Part shown: positions 60,960-64,000 of the stretch, piece by piece | Layout: each line of letters starts with the position of its first letter | How positions within the stretch are numbered: the first letter of the stretch is position 1 | Assembly (NCBI RefSeq): GCF_030028105.1 | Contig: NC_092377.1 | Location: forward strand, 5,027,079 to 5,091,078 | Direction of reading: 5' to 3' | Length of the DNA: 64,000 bases | Source of the DNA: Mobula birostris | Lineage: Eukaryota | Translations under genes and position numbers: made by a program | Notes under the pieces: model-generated | The model's database searches: none | Told to the model about the DNA's origin: nothing | What the model saw: the letters and a program-made list of their open reading frames with translations, nothing else

Positions 60960-63700
60960 AGTTAAGTTGTACCACAGAGGCAAAATTCAAAAGGGCAAGG
61001 AATGCAAGACTGAAGGTGCTGTATTTAAATGTGCCTAGCATTCGGAATACAGTGAATGAACTCGTGGTACAATTAGAGATTGTTTGGTATGACATTCTGG
61101 GCATCATTGAGTCGTGGCTGAAAGAAGGCCATAGTTGGGAGCTTAACATCAAAGGATGTACTTTGTCTCGAAAGGATGGGCAGATGGTGGTGTGGCTCTG
61201 TTGGTAAGAGATGGAATTACATCTTTAGAAACAGGTGACATTGCCTCAAAAAATACTGAATCTTTGTGGGTGCAGTTAAGAAACTGCAAGTTAGGAAAAA
61301 ACATTATAGGAATAATATATAGTCATCCAGATAGTAGACAAGATATGGGGGTGATATTGCAAAGGGAGCTGGAAAAAGCATGTAATAAGGGTAATGATAC
61401 AACTGTAATAAAGGACTTCAAACTTCAATATGCAAGTAGATTGGGAAAATCAGGCTGGCGTCAGAATTCAAGAGAGGGAATTTGTTGAATGCTGACGAGA
61501 TGGCTTTTTAGAGAATCTTGTGGTTGAGCCTACTCTAGCAAAGGCTATCATAGATTGGAAGTTGTGTAATAACCCAAATCTTATTAGGGAGTTTAATGTA
61601 AAGGCAGGCTTAGGAGGTGGTAATCATAATATGATTGAATTCATACTGTAGTTTAAGAGGGAGAAGCATAAGTCATATGTATCGGCATCTCAATGGAGTA
61701 AAGGGAATTACCGAGGCATGAGAGGGGAGCTTGCCCAGGTGGATTGGAGGAGATACTGGTGGGCATGATGGCAGAGCAGAGGTGGCTGAGGTTTCTGGGG
61801 ATAGTTCACAAGGCGCAGGATAGATATGTTCTTCAGAGAAAGAAGTTCCAAATGGCAGGGGTAGGCAACTGTGACTGGTAAGGGAGGTTAATTACTGCAT
61901 AAAAGCCAAGGAAACAGCATATAAGTAACAAACATGAGTGGGAAGTTGGATCATTGGCAAGCTTTTGAAAGTCCAACAAAAGGCATCTAAAAAAGCTATA
62001 AGAAGAGAAAAGATAAAATATGAGGGCAAACTAGCCAATAATATAAATAAGGACACTAAAAGCTTTTTCAGTTATATAAAGAATAAAAGGGAGGTGAGAC
62101 TTGACATTGGACCACTGGAAAATGATGTTGGTGAGGTACTAATGGGGGACAAAGAAATGGGAGATGAACTTAATGGGTATGTTGCATCTGCCTTCACTGT
62201 GGAAGACACTAGCATTGTGCCAGAAGTCCGTGACTGTCAAGGAGCAGGAGTAAGTGCTATTGCGATTAGAAAGGAAATAGTGCCAGGCAAACTCAAAGGT
62301 CTTAAGGTGGATAAGTCACCGGGACCAGGTGGACTACATTCCAGAGTCCTGAAACAGGTTGCTGAAGAGATAACAGATGCATTGCACATGATCTTTTAAG
62401 AATAACTTGATTCTGACATGGTCCGGCAGACTGGAAGATTGCAAATGCCATTCCACTCTTTTGGAAGGGAGGAAGGCAAAAGAAAGGAAATTATAGACCA
62501 AAGACCAATAAGCCTAACTTCAGTGGTTCAGAAAGAGTTGTAGTCCATTATGAAGGATAAAGCTTCAGGGTATTTGGAGACTAAGAATGAAATAAGTCAA
62601 AGTCCGCATGGTTTCAGTGAAGGGAAATCTGTTAGAGTCCTTCAAGGAAGTAACAAGCAGGGTGGACAAAGAAGAGGCAGTTGATGTCATTTGCTTGGAT
62701 TTTCAGAAGGCATTTGATAAGGTGCCACACATGAGGCTGCTTAACAAGATAAAATCCTATGGCATTACAAGAAAGCTGTTGGCATGGATAGAAGAATGGC
62801 TGACAGGCAGGAGGCAGCGAGTGGGAATAAAATGTGCCTTTTCTAGTTGGCTGCCAGTGTCTAGTGGTGTTCCTCAGGGGTCAATATTGGGACTGCTACT
62901 TCTCACATTGTCTGTCAATGATTTAGATAATGGAATTGATAGCTTTGTGGAAAGTTTGCAGATGATACAAAGATAGGTGGTGCTGAGGAAGCAATGCAAT
63001 TACAGCAGGACTTGGACAAATTGGAAGAATGAGCAAGGAAGTGTCAGATGGAATAGAGTGTTGGGAAATGTATGATAATGTAATTTGGTAAAAAGAGCAA
63101 TAGTGCAGAATATTGTCTAAATGAGGGGAAGGTTCAAACATCAGAGGTGCAGAGGGACTGAGGAGTCCTCGTGCAAGACTCCTAGAAGGTGAATTTACAG
63201 GTTGAGTCTGGGGTAAAAAAAGCAAATGCAATGTTGGCATTTATTTCAAGGGGAATAGAATATAAAAACAAGGTAATAATGCTGAGCCTTTATAGGACAT
63301 TAGTCAGGCCATACTTGGAGTATTGTCAACAGTTTTTGGCCCCACATCTCAGAAAGGATGTGTTGCCATTGGAGAGAGTCCAGAGGAGGTTCACGAGGAT
63401 GATTCCGGGAATGAAAGGGTTCAGATATGAGGAGCATTTAGCAGCTTTGGGTCTGTACTCACTGGAATTTAGAAGAGCGCATGGCAATCTCATTGAAACT
63501 TACTGAATTTTGAAAGGACTAGATTGGGTGGATGTGGAGATGATGTTTCCTTTGGTGGGGGTATCCAGAACTAGAGGTCACAAACTCAAAATTGAGTAGT
63601 GACCTTTTAGAGCACAGATAAGGAGGAATATTTTTAGCCAGAGAGTAGTGAATCTATCACAGACTGCGGTGGAGTCCAAGTCCATGGGTATATTTAAGAC
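60960..63700 (+). mobile_element. Degraded CR1 ORF2
   Basis: LYLNVPSIRN, VDKSPGPGGLHSRVLK, LDFQKAFDKVPH and RPYLEYCQQFLAP motifs across broken ORFs. Confidence 0.88.
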
Positions 63701-64000
63701 GGAAGTTCCTAGTGTATGCAATTAGAATTGAATTGAATTGGCTTTATTACTTACATCCTTCATATACATAAGAAGTAAAAATCTTTACATTACATCTTTC
63801 TAAATGTGCAATGTGCAATTTATAGTAATCTGTAATAAATAGTATGTACAACAGGATGGTTAATATAACATAGAAATACAATTGTATCAGCGTGAATTAA
63901 TCAGTCTGATGGCCTGGTAGAAGAAGATGTCCCGGAGACTGTTGGTCCTGGTGGTATCGTTTCCCGGATGGTAGAAGTTGGAACAGTTTGAGGTTGTGGT

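Overview
Very repeat-dense vertebrate DNA, most likely from a cartilaginous fish (ray/skate-like; inferred from the CR1, Penelope-derived and V-SINE repeats and the Ig V style). Most of the window is decayed CR1 LINEs, plus Tc1 elements, a deleted Gypsy element, solo LTRs and a retrovirus-like remnant. On the minus strand I could assemble by hand a multi-exon immune receptor locus that the ORF track mostly misses. It has three non-rearranging V exons with the J-like strand already joined (34223-33879, 32232-31885, 11927-11583), a leader exon (13601-13561), an uncharged transmembrane exon (10896-10777) and four small cytoplasmic exons (10610-10537, 9238-9197, 9106-9064, 6542-6514). All splice phases from the V exons through the tail are compatible. 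The tail carries DYENV and an ITAM (YMAL-x7-YGHL) split by an intron at the same position as in CD3G, FCER1G and TYROBP. The proximal leader+V cassette has two lesions (a +1 base in an A6 run and a GT>AT donor), while the distal V-V pair and the TM/ITAM exons are intact. This suggests an antigen-receptor-like VJ-VJ-TM-ITAM protein, possibly with alternative ectodomain cassettes sharing one signalling tail. No leader for the distal V pair was found in the window. A decayed last exon of a CHRNA2/CHRNA4-type nicotinic receptor gene lies tail-to-tail with it at 1765-1894. All alignments and counts are manual; no database search was run.
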